A DNA stretch of 64,000 bases from Candidatus Woesearchaeota archaeon (GCA_964428325.1 CAYRXU010000002.1:8505-72504); one strand, 5' to 3'; counted from the stretch's first letter, positions 47,650 to 56,775 are shown. Translations and numbers: made by a program. Notes: generated by a model from the sequence alone, not told the origin.

Positions 47650-48210
47650 ATGTTCTGGGATAAAAAAAAGAAAGATGATGGATTGCCTGAACTTCCACGC
47701 AGCTCCTCGTTACCATTAAGATATCCTCCAATGGCAGCTACGCCTAAAGACGAATTAGACAGTGAAGACGCCGAAATCCACGAGCTTCCGGCCTTCCCTG
47801 ACTCTCCTATGCGTAAGGGTTTCAGCCAGAGTGCTATAAAAGACGCCATAACGCAAGAAGAAATCGGAGAAGAGATACCTGAACTTCCTGCAAAACATGT
47901 AATAAAACGTGTCGAGCTACAGGAATGGCAACCAAAAACATCCCCCATAGCAGACTTGCCTGTCTCTCCAATGCCGAAATCGAGAGAAAACAAGCCGATT
48001 TTCGTCCGAGTAGATAAATACCAGATCGCCCTAAGTGCTCTCGACAACGTCAAAGCAAAACTCACAGAGATAGAAGACCTCATGAAGCAAATCCGTGAAG
48101 TCAAGAGCAGAGAAGACGCCGAGTTGTCCTCATGGGAAGTTGAAATGGAAAATATCAAAGCGCGTATTCAGACTGTTATGTCAGAAATCTTTGACAAGGC
48201 AGAATACTAA
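47650..48210 (+). CDS. hypothetical protein: ELP-repeat disordered N-half plus coiled-coil C-half
   Basis: LPELP, HELPAFP and IPELP repeats, then KPIFVRVDKY followed by heptad-like sequence. AAAGGAG SD upstream. Confidence 0.6.
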   Translation: MFWDKKKKDDGLPELPRSSSLPLRYPPMAATPKDELDSEDAEIHELPAFPDSPMRKGFSQSAIKDAITQEEIGEEIPELPAKHVIKRVELQEWQPKTSPIADLPVSPMPKSRENKPIFVRVDKYQIALSALDNVKAKLTEIEDLMKQIREVKSREDAELSSWEVEMENIKARIQTVMSEIFDKAEY

Positions 48211-48533
48211 TGGAATACGTCCATATAACCCCTGAAGAGCAAAAATATGCTCAAAAAAATCTTCTCCAAAGCCAGATAGAGATTCTGACAATAATGAAAC
48301 GTTATCAGGCTTATAAACAGCTAAGAAAAAAGGAACTTATGCTCAAATCCGCGTTAAGAAGAAAAGTTACCGAGCTCAATGAAGAACTCAAAATACTTGA
48401 CCGAGCACTACCATCAGTACATACGGCAGCTCAAACCAAAGAAAAAACAAACGCTCAAATCCCTGCAAAGAAACGCAGCGACCTAGAATCCGAAATAATA
48501 GACATCAAACGCAAGCTCGAAAGACTCCAGTAA
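48210..48533 (+). CDS. hypothetical coiled-coil protein
   Basis: The start overlaps the upstream stop (TAATG). The 107-aa product is strongly helical and charged. Confidence 0.55.
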   Translation: MEYVHITPEEQKYAQKNLLQSQIEILTIMKRYQAYKQLRKKELMLKSALRRKVTELNEELKILDRALPSVHTAAQTKEKTNAQIPAKKRSDLESEIIDIKRKLERLQ

Positions 48534-48534
48534 G

Positions 48535-48993
48535 ATGAAAAAAGGGAAAATAATTGCAATAAGCATAATTTCGATTATAATAATTGGAGTGATGTGGTAT
48601 CTAGTCTCCCCACTACTCATCAATAAAAGTGTAAATGAACAATTGCCGATAGTTAATCAGGGACAAATATCTCAAATAATCTACGAGGGTCAATTCCTCA
48701 ATGCAGATAGTCTCCATAAGACCTCGGGAAAAGCTAAGATGATACAAGTAGGAGAAGAGAAATATCTCAGATTAGAGAATTTCAAGACAACAAACGGCCC
48801 AGATCTTAAGGTTTACCTGTCAAAGGATAAAGAAGCGAAAGAGTACATCTCATTAGGGGAACTGAAGGGTAATATCGGAGATCAAAACTATGAAATTCCA
48901 AGTGACGTGGATTCAGAAGATTACAACAATGTATTGATATGGTGTGAAAAATTCTCAGTTTTATTCGGTAGTGCAGAACTAGAACCTCAATAA
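48535..48993 (+). CDS. DM13-domain protein with N-terminal TM
   Basis: HKTSGKAKMIQVGEEKYLRLENFKTTNGPDLKVYLS resembles the DM13 domain. Confidence 0.55.
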   Translation: MKKGKIIAISIISIIIIGVMWYLVSPLLINKSVNEQLPIVNQGQISQIIYEGQFLNADSLHKTSGKAKMIQVGEEKYLRLENFKTTNGPDLKVYLSKDKEAKEYISLGELKGNIGDQNYEIPSDVDSEDYNNVLIWCEKFSVLFGSAELEPQ

Positions 48994-49027
48994 CAATTCT
49001 TATAAAGCTCCTTCCTGATTTTCTTAT

Positions 49028-50794
49028 ATGATAACGCGTCAGCAATTAATAGACAAGTACTTAGCATTCTTCAAGTCAAAAGACCATAAGATTATCCCTT
49101 CAGCTTCGCTCATCCCTGCAAACGATCCAACCGTCCTTTTCACAACAGCAGGTATGCATCCTCTCGTCCCCTACCTCCTCGGCGCAAAGCATCCTTCAGG
49201 AAAAAGGCTCGCGGACGTCCAAAAATGCGTGCGCACAGGCGACATCGAAGAAGTCGGCGACACAACGCACCACACGTTCTTCGAAATGTTAGGCAACTGG
49301 TCACTTGGAGATTACTGGAAACAAGAATCAATCGAGTGGAGCTTCGAGTTCCTCACTAAGGTCCTCAAACTCCCAAAGAATAAACTTGCAGTTACATGTT
49401 TCGCAGGCGACAAGAACGCTCCAAAAGACACCGAATCAGAAAAGATCTGGCTCTCCTTAGGAATGCCAAAAGAACGCATCGCATTTCTACCAAAAGAAGA
49501 CAACTGGTGGGGACCAGCCGGTCAGACAGGACCATGCGGCCCAGACACAGAGATCTTCTACTGGACAGCATCGACACCAGCTCCAAAAACGTACGATCCA
49601 AAGAACAAGAGCTGGGTAGAAATCTGGAACAACGTATTCATGGAATACGAAAAGACCTCTGATGGAAAATACATCAAAGCAAAACAGCAGAACGTAGATA
49701 CGGGAATGGGCCTTGAGCGTACACTGACTGCTCTAAACAGTCTGAAAGATAATTACGAAACCTCATCATTCACACCGTTAATTGAAGTCCTTGAGGAAAT
49801 GTCTGGGAAGACATACCAAGATAATGAAAAGGAAATGCGGGTAATTGCAGATCATTTAAGGGCAGCCATTATGATCATCGGCGATGGAGTCATACCAAGC
49901 AATGTCGAGCAAGGCTACGTTCTCAGACGACTCATAAGAAGAGCAATCGTCTACAGCAGGAAGCTAGGTATTGAACAGAGCAAGCCACTTTCAAAAACAA
50001 TGGCTGACACGGTAATCACAACATATCCAGACTATCCAGAACTCAAGGAAAAAAGAACGTTCATAGAAAAAACACTAGCGGATGAAGAGAACAAGTTCGA
50101 AAAGACATTAGTCGCAGGTATGCGCGAATTTAGCAGGTTAGCAGTTAGAGACATCTCAGGTACTGATGCATTTCTTCTTTTCCAAAGTTACGGTTTCCCA
50201 CTTGAAATGACAGTAGAACTTGCAGATGAAAAGAAGATCAAAGTGGACGTCATCGGATTCGAGAACGCATACAAAAAACACCAAGAGTTATCAAAAACGA
50301 CATCAGCAGGTGCGTTCAAATCAGGATTGGCAGACAACTCTGAACAAACAACCCGCCTCCATACCGCCACCCACATGCTCAACGAAGCGCTAAGACATGT
50401 CTTAGGCGATGATGTCAAACAACGCGGCTCAAACATCACACCAGAGCGACTACGCTTCGACTTCAACTTCGCACGCAAGCTCACTGACGAAGAAATCAAG
50501 AAAATAGAATCTCTCGTCAACAATAAAATCAAAGCTCATCTTCCAGTTGAAAGAGAAGAAGTCTCATTCAACGACGCCATCAAATCAGGCGCTCAAGCAG
50601 AATTCGGCCACAAATATCCAGAGCGCGTTTCCACCTACACCATCAAAGATGCTTCAGACAAAAGAAAGTGGTTCTCTAAAGAAATCTGCACAGGCCCACA
50701 TGTCAAGAACACCAAGGAAATTGGTCACTTCAAAATAATCAAAGAAGAATCAGCAGCCGCAGGTATTCGCAGAATTAAAGCTATTGTCGAATAG
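49028..50794 (+). CDS. alaS: alanyl-tRNA synthetase, bacterial type, short (588 aa)
   Basis: N-terminus FFKSKDHKIIPSASLIPANDPTVLFTTAGM, VDTGMGLER, editing core HTATHML...CTGPH. It ends at AAGIRRIKAIVE. Confidence 0.85.
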   Translation: MITRQQLIDKYLAFFKSKDHKIIPSASLIPANDPTVLFTTAGMHPLVPYLLGAKHPSGKRLADVQKCVRTGDIEEVGDTTHHTFFEMLGNWSLGDYWKQESIEWSFEFLTKVLKLPKNKLAVTCFAGDKNAPKDTESEKIWLSLGMPKERIAFLPKEDNWWGPAGQTGPCGPDTEIFYWTASTPAPKTYDPKNKSWVEIWNNVFMEYEKTSDGKYIKAKQQNVDTGMGLERTLTALNSLKDNYETSSFTPLIEVLEEMSGKTYQDNEKEMRVIADHLRAAIMIIGDGVIPSNVEQGYVLRRLIRRAIVYSRKLGIEQSKPLSKTMADTVITTYPDYPELKEKRTFIEKTLADEENKFEKTLVAGMREFSRLAVRDISGTDAFLLFQSYGFPLEMTVELADEKKIKVDVIGFENAYKKHQELSKTTSAGAFKSGLADNSEQTTRLHTATHMLNEALRHVLGDDVKQRGSNITPERLRFDFNFARKLTDEEIKKIESLVNNKIKAHLPVEREEVSFNDAIKSGAQAEFGHKYPERVSTYTIKDASDKRKWFSKEICTGPHVKNTKEIGHFKIIKEESAAAGIRRIKAIVE

Positions 50795-50860
50795 CATCTA
50801 TAGTTTTCTGAACTCCTAGAAGGTCTTTTTCTAAAAGAGCTTGTAGAAAACTACGGTTAG

Positions 50861-51637
50861 TTAAAAGAAAAATATCCAACTCAAAAGAGCAATAGATAGC
50901 AATAGCACATAAAATCCAAACCATCTCAAATTCTTCTTAGACGTCAAAACAAACTTCAACAACACGTGAATCGTCGCAAGACCAACAACAAAAGAGACAA
51001 GAGCAGGTAACAAGTATGATGTCGGTAACTGCGTATTCCCGAAAGATACAATATTAGCTCCAAAGATAATAGGAATGGACATCAAGAATGAAAAGCGAGC
51101 AGCTTTTCTCTGGTCGAGCCCCATAAGCACACCCGCGCACATCGTGCTTCCACTTCGAGAAATGCCCCTAAATAAAGCCGCGCACTGAGCTAGCCCAATC
51201 ACAATCGCAACACCATAACTCAATTCCTTGCGCTTAGTCTTGAAATCCAAACTCGAAATCAGGAGCATAACCCCTGTGATACCAAACCCAAAACCAAGCA
51301 AAGTCAAGTTGCTAAGAATTCCCTCAAAGAAATCGCGGAATAAGAAGCCAAGAATACCTGCAGGAATAGTTGCAAGAACAAGATAGATCGCCATCTTACC
51401 ATGTTCACTCTTGAAATTCAAGCGTAACACGTCGCGAACAATATCAGCGATATCCTTTCCAAAGTAAACAAACACTGCCATCAATGTACCAAAGTGCAAA
51501 GCCACATCAAAAGCAAGAGTATTATCAAAATTGAGCAAATGCGATACAAGCACAAGATGCCCTGAGCTCGATATCGGGAACCATTCCGATATTCCTTGCA
51601 CAATAGCTAATATGAGCGAAGCAAATAACTCATTCAT
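50861..51637 (-). CDS. uppP: undecaprenyl-diphosphatase (BacA/UppP)
   Basis: EWFPISSSGHL and GISRSGSTM motifs, with 8 TM helices. Confidence 0.85.
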   Translation of the reverse strand: MNELFASLILAIVQGISEWFPISSSGHLVLVSHLLNFDNTLAFDVALHFGTLMAVFVYFGKDIADIVRDVLRLNFKSEHGKMAIYLVLATIPAGILGFLFRDFFEGILSNLTLLGFGFGITGVMLLISSLDFKTKRKELSYGVAIVIGLAQCAALFRGISRSGSTMCAGVLMGLDQRKAARFSFLMSIPIIFGANIVSFGNTQLPTSYLLPALVSFVVGLATIHVLLKFVLTSKKNLRWFGFYVLLLSIALLSWIFFF

Positions 51638-51714
51638 AGAAACCCGACAAAAACGACCTTAATAAAGATTTCAATGGAGATAAAAAAGAAAAAAAGAGAA
51701 ACGCAATAAGGCGT

Positions 51715-51876
51715 TTACTCCCTACAATTCCAACACAACATTTTTTTCTTTCGCGCAGTCAGGGCGGATAGCGCTTCGTCGAAGCGCTCCTTGTTCGTCC
51801 CCAGATCATATCCGAGGTCAAACAAGGCCCCACATCTGCTGCACTTTTCCGGCATCAGCTGTAGTGCTTGTTGCAT
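51715..51876 (-). CDS. possible 53-aa zinc-ribbon protein (alternatively a GC-rich ncRNA)
   Basis: MQQALQLMPEKCSRCGALFDL...KKKMLCWNCRE (CxxC-x32-CxxC). TTTAATAAAAAA lies about 25 nt upstream. Local GC is about 59% in a 100-nt hand count. Confidence 0.4.
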   Translation of the reverse strand: MQQALQLMPEKCSRCGALFDLGYDLGTNKERFDEALSALTARKKKMLCWNCRE

Positions 51877-52045
51877 ATCATCTATAACCTGTTTTTTATT
51901 AAATACTCATACTGCGCCAGAACGCAATCATTCTCGCATGCTCAATACTTATATAGCGATTCACTAGAAAATAGCAAACGCATATCCGATACAAAAGTAA
52001 TCGAAGGCAAAACGCGTTACCCCTAAAAAACTAGACAAAAGAGAG

Positions 52046-52528
52046 TTATTTCTTCCAGCCAGAATGGATCTTCTGCATAAGAACAATCAAACTTTCCTTG
52101 TATTCCTCATTCCAAAATTCCAGAGCGTCGTCGATAAATTCAGCTTCAGCCTTCTTATCCTTTGTAAGCCCATTAAGCATATTCGCACTTACAAATCTCA
52201 TTGCCCCACCAATCATCTTACCGACCAATTTCTTATCTTCTTCATTAATCATCTTACTCTCATTCGCCTGGATAAGATAATGCGGATTAGGAATAATCAG
52301 ATTATGTAGATGGTTATTCCAACCCATGAACGTATCGATAATACGTGAGCAAATTTGTCTTGATAAAGCATTAGTGCTGACGAATCCAGTCTGGAGAACA
52401 GCATCATTAAGGAAGAAAGCACTATCCAACTCATCAAAGCTCGCCTTGAAACCGAGTTCTTTCTTCACAGTCGCGAACCCATCATGCAACTCCCTTAACA
52501 ATTGCTCTCTCGAAACTCCAGAACTCAT
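52046..52528 (-). CDS. hypothetical protein translationally coupled to leuS
   Basis: The ATG overlaps the leuS stop by 4 nt. 160 aa, helical, with no recognisable motif. Confidence 0.6.
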   Translation of the reverse strand: MSSGVSREQLLRELHDGFATVKKELGFKASFDELDSAFFLNDAVLQTGFVSTNALSRQICSRIIDTFMGWNNHLHNLIIPNPHYLIQANESKMINEEDKKLVGKMIGGAMRFVSANMLNGLTKDKKAEAEFIDDALEFWNEEYKESLIVLMQKIHSGWKK

Positions 52529-55461
52529 GTTGTTACATACAAGGCAGGTTTACCTGGCCGTGCCTTAGCTGCTTTACCCTCCGGATCATGTTTGCTTGGA
52601 TCATTCACAGCGAATACCTTCACATCAATACTTAAACGCTTTGATAATTCTTCTGCGTTGTACTGCTTAACCTCGGGAGGAATAGTATACATGTACAACT
52701 TTTTTGGATCCTTGCCAGTCTTCTCTTTCACGAGCCGCAAGACAATATGTATATCCCCTAGTACTCGCTCACGCGCCTGTTCAGCCAACTCAAGTTTCGA
52801 ATCAATCTTGCTTTCATCGACATGGGGCCATCGTTCCTGTACAATCAAGCTAGCTCTTCCCAACTTATGCCAATACTCTTCAGCAAGATGCGGCATCACA
52901 GGTGCAATCATCAACAAACACGTCTCAAGTACATGCCGTGGCACCTGTGGTTGTTCAGATAGAAAACCTATAAGTTCCATAAACTTCACAAGCGCACGAT
53001 TAAACTCAAAAGTATCATAGCTTTCTTCAACCAACTTCAAAACCGAATTCAACTTGTGATCCATAAGCGCGCTGCCCACTCCTCCTACTCTATCAAACAA
53101 ACTCTTGAAGCGCGTCACAAATCTATGCACACCTTCCATACCATGATCGTCCCATTCCATGTCCCTGTCAGGACTAGACACGAACAGAAGGAAGAATCTA
53201 GTCGCATCGACACCAAAACGTGCACAAGCATCCTTAGTCGTAACAACGTTACCCTTACTCTTGCTCATCTTCTCTCCGCCTTTCGCCAATACAAGACCTT
53301 GATTGAATAATTTCGTAAACGGTTCGCTAAAAGTTACCCACCCAATATCTCGTAAGAACTTTGTGAAAAATCTTGCATATAACAAATGCAAAACAGCATG
53401 CTCAATACCTCCAATGTAATAATCGACAGGCATCCAATGCTCAACTGCCTTTCTATCAAAGATATCATGCGCATGTGGCGAACAGTATCTCATATAATAC
53501 CAGCTCGAATCAAAGAATGTCGCCATAGTATCCGTCTCGCGTCTTGCTTTTCCGCCGCAACACGGACACTTCGCCTCTACAAATTCTTTATTAGTGAGAA
53601 GAGGATTACCCTTACCCGTAAACTTAACCTTATCAGGCAATTTCACAGGCAAATCTTTCTCTTCTACTGGCACGCTACCACAATCATGGCAATATACAAT
53701 AGGGATCGGCGTTCCCCAATATCTCTGACGTGAAATCAACCAATCTCGTAACTTATACTCCACAGATTTTCCACCAATGCCTTTCTTAGCAAGCGCCTCA
53801 CTAATACGGGCCCGTGCAGTTCCCGAGTCCAATCCATCAAAGATATCTGAATTAATCAATACTCCATCTTCAGTATATGCGCTTTCTCCTTCAGCATATC
53901 CTTTCCAAGCATACCTTGTACTATCAAGGTTAAAGAAATTCTTAGCATCCTTACCATCAATCCAAACCCCTACATGATTCTGAATTTCTTCTGCCTTCGG
54001 CTCAACACGCTTGCCTGATTTCAAAGTCACAATGAAAGTCTTGAAACGAGCATATCGATTAACATTCTTATGTTCAGCAAAGAAATGAGCATGGTTCTCA
54101 AATCCAACTGGCGTAACTGATTTAATATCCTGATATCCAGTCTCCTCCATAACTTCTCGAGCAGCAGCATCAGCAGGTTTTTCTCCGTTCTCAATACCTC
54201 CGATAATCGTGCTCTTCCAGCCAAACTTCTTCCAATCAAGGCAATAATACTTGTCTTCCTTCCAATGCTTCACAATAGCAAATATCGCATCTCGAGTAAC
54301 CGTCTCCTTATCTTTCCGAATAGCATCCTTACCGGTCGTTGTCGCAAAAAGCGGAGCAACCACTTGTTTGATAGGAATCTTATGCTTCTTCGCAAAGGCA
54401 AAATCACGAGTATCATGTGCAGGCACACCCATCACAGCACCAGTACCATAATCAGCAACTACGAAGTTGCCTGCATAAATTGGTACTTCTTCATTTGTCA
54501 ATGGATGAATAGCATACCGTCCTGTAAAGAACCCATGCTTTTCTTTATCCGCCTCAAGTTTTTCAGAAGCAGACATCTCCTTCACAAACTTGAGATAATC
54601 TTTCTCATGCTTTGTACCCTTGACAAGCTCGCTAACAACCTCGTGTTGCACAGCACAGGCAACAAAAGTAACACCATAGAGTGTATCAGCTCTCGTGGTA
54701 AAAACTTCAAGTGTCTTCTCACTACCCTTAATCGGAAACACAACTCTCACTCCCTCACGCCTTCCTATCCAATTGCGTTGCAACTCTTTTACACGCTCAG
54801 GCCAGTTCAACCCATTCAACCCTTCAAGCAATTCATCCGCAAACGCAGTTATACGCAAAAACCATTGCTCCAATTGTTCTATAGTAACCTCGCTACTACA
54901 ACGCCAACACTTTCCATCAATTACCTCTTCGTTAGCCAGCACCGTCTTACATGAAGGACACCAATTCACTGGAGCCTTCTTACGATAGGCGATACCTTTC
55001 TCAAGCATACGCAAGAACAGCCACTGATTCCACTTGTAATATTCAGCATCGCAAGTCGCAATCTCTCTAGACCAATCATAACTCAACCCCAACTCTTTCA
55101 TATACCCTTTAATAGTCTTGATAGCAACATCTGTGTACTTCTTCGGATGTACCTTATTCTTGATAGCTGCATTCTCGGCAGGCAATCCAAATGCGTCAAA
55201 ACCCATCGGATACATCACATTGAATCCGCGCATACGCTTGTACCTTGCAACCGAATCTCCAATCGTATAATTACGCATATGCCCCACGTGTAAAAAGCTA
55301 GCGCTTGGATAAGGAAACATCTCACAAACGTAACATTTCTTCCCGCCAGAACTATCACTGCTCTTATAAGCATCGGCACTCTCCCATGCCTTCTGCCACT
55401 TCTTTTCCATAGCTCCAAAATTCTCCATTTTTACTCCAGAACCCTTCTTAGCCTTCGCCAT
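52525..55461 (-). CDS. leuS: leucyl-tRNA synthetase, bacterial type, carrying an inserted Nudix domain
   Basis: HVGH, KMSKS, CP1 editing motifs TTRADT and GTGAVMGVPAHDTRD. The N-terminal region matches bacterial LeuRS. Nudix box at aa 421-443. Confidence 0.9.
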   Translation of the reverse strand: MAKAKKGSGVKMENFGAMEKKWQKAWESADAYKSSDSSGGKKCYVCEMFPYPSASFLHVGHMRNYTIGDSVARYKRMRGFNVMYPMGFDAFGLPAENAAIKNKVHPKKYTDVAIKTIKGYMKELGLSYDWSREIATCDAEYYKWNQWLFLRMLEKGIAYRKKAPVNWCPSCKTVLANEEVIDGKCWRCSSEVTIEQLEQWFLRITAFADELLEGLNGLNWPERVKELQRNWIGRREGVRVVFPIKGSEKTLEVFTTRADTLYGVTFVACAVQHEVVSELVKGTKHEKDYLKFVKEMSASEKLEADKEKHGFFTGRYAIHPLTNEEVPIYAGNFVVADYGTGAVMGVPAHDTRDFAFAKKHKIPIKQVVAPLFATTTGKDAIRKDKETVTRDAIFAIVKHWKEDKYYCLDWKKFGWKSTIIGGIENGEKPADAAAREVMEETGYQDIKSVTPVGFENHAHFFAEHKNVNRYARFKTFIVTLKSGKRVEPKAEEIQNHVGVWIDGKDAKNFFNLDSTRYAWKGYAEGESAYTEDGVLINSDIFDGLDSGTARARISEALAKKGIGGKSVEYKLRDWLISRQRYWGTPIPIVYCHDCGSVPVEEKDLPVKLPDKVKFTGKGNPLLTNKEFVEAKCPCCGGKARRETDTMATFFDSSWYYMRYCSPHAHDIFDRKAVEHWMPVDYYIGGIEHAVLHLLYARFFTKFLRDIGWVTFSEPFTKLFNQGLVLAKGGEKMSKSKGNVVTTKDACARFGVDATRFFLLFVSSPDRDMEWDDHGMEGVHRFVTRFKSLFDRVGGVGSALMDHKLNSVLKLVEESYDTFEFNRALVKFMELIGFLSEQPQVPRHVLETCLLMIAPVMPHLAEEYWHKLGRASLIVQERWPHVDESKIDSKLELAEQARERVLGDIHIVLRLVKEKTGKDPKKLYMYTIPPEVKQYNAEELSKRLSIDVKVFAVNDPSKHDPEGKAAKARPGKPALYVTT

Positions 55462-55513
55462 GTCTATTCTGATAAAACGATTGATTTAAAGTTTCCGATG
55501 CATGGACTGAAGA

Positions 55514-56251
55514 CTACTTACGCTTCTTGTACTCGATATAAAGATGCTTAAAGAACAATATGGAAAGAGGCATTATAAGTATCGAATTCCAAATTTGGAA
55601 GAAGGCCCCATTTACAAAATTAGAGAGTGTTTCCGGCAACACAAAAACAAATAGAACCATAACTAAAAAGAGAGGAATCAAAGAGGCAAATGCGAGAACT
55701 GAAACAAAACTCACTGCTGCAAGAGTTCTCCACCATCGACCCCTTACTAGTCGCTTACTCTCCTTTAGTGCAGCCAAGATTCCAGTTCTTTTTTCCAAGA
55801 ATACATAAATCCCAAACGCCCAGTAGACAAGAAATATCACGAAAGGGACAATCAAAAGAATAAAAAGACCTGCAAGAAATAAGAACAAAACGGTCCAGTA
55901 ACCTAAAGAACGTAGATAGACAGTTTTACCAAAAGTCAGGGCCTTATTTATTCTGAAACGATCGAGTTTAAGGGAAACCGCAATGAAAGAGAAGTAAGCA
56001 AAACTAGCCGTTAAAACATAGACGAAGAATACAAGAATGAGAAGGAGAACGGGGAAAAAGTCGAACGTGCCCGAACCAATCACCCTGGCACTAATAAGAG
56101 AGTAAACCAGAGCAGGGATAACCACAAAGAGGCCCATCAAGAAAACAATAGTCGAAAAATTAGCCCTGTAATCTTTCCAGGCCTTCCCAAAAGTAGTCCA
56201 AAATCCCATTTTAGAAAGATGATAAGATGATTTATAAAACTGTTCGTCCAT
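55514..56251 (-). CDS. polytopic membrane protein
   Basis: Six predicted TM helices. No family assigned. Confidence 0.55.
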   Translation of the reverse strand: MDEQFYKSSYHLSKMGFWTTFGKAWKDYRANFSTIVFLMGLFVVIPALVYSLISARVIGSGTFDFFPVLLLILVFFVYVLTASFAYFSFIAVSLKLDRFRINKALTFGKTVYLRSLGYWTVLFLFLAGLFILLIVPFVIFLVYWAFGIYVFLEKRTGILAALKESKRLVRGRWWRTLAAVSFVSVLAFASLIPLFLVMVLFVFVLPETLSNFVNGAFFQIWNSILIMPLSILFFKHLYIEYKKRK

Positions 56252-56259
56252 TAACCTAA

Positions 56260-56775
56260 ATGATCATCGCACATCTTTCCCAAGATACCATTACCTCGTC
56301 AAGCGAAGAAGCATTCACCATGTATGAGAAATCTCGCTGGGGTGAAAAGAAACGCTCACACATCGAGTACTCGGCAGTCGAAGCCCTTTCACTTATGCAG
56401 CACGGCAAGCTCGCACTCCAGACAAGCAATAGCAAAAAAGTCTCAGAATCAGCGCTTCTGAAAAAAATAAAGCGAAAAGACAAGAATATCGAGACCAAAC
56501 TAGCAGTCTTCTCAGACCTGAGAAAGAAAGGCTACATTGTAAAGACAGCTCTCAAATTCGGTTCAGAATTCCGCGTGTACGAAAAGGGCGTTCGTCCTGG
56601 AGAGGACCACGCATCATGGCTCTTATTCCCCTTACGCGAACATGAAACTCTAACCTGGTACGACTTTGCAGCAAAGAACAGGGTGGCCACATCAACAAAC
56701 AAAAAACTCATGTTAGCGATTGTAGACGATGAAGGCGATGTCACCTACTACGAAGTCTCTTGGTTCAGACCATAA
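56260..56775 (+). CDS. endA: tRNA-splicing endonuclease
   Basis: 171 aa. KFGSEFRVYEKGVRPGEDHASWLL carries the catalytic Tyr/His context, and the Lys lies in KKLMLAIVD. Confidence 0.8.
   Translation: MIIAHLSQDTITSSSEEAFTMYEKSRWGEKKRSHIEYSAVEALSLMQHGKLALQTSNSKKVSESALLKKIKRKDKNIETKLAVFSDLRKKGYIVKTALKFGSEFRVYEKGVRPGEDHASWLLFPLREHETLTWYDFAAKNRVATSTNKKLMLAIVDDEGDVTYYEVSWFRP

Noticed and set aside
54265-54954. 229-aa plus-strand ORF
   Set aside because: It is antisense to leuS, the same artefact.
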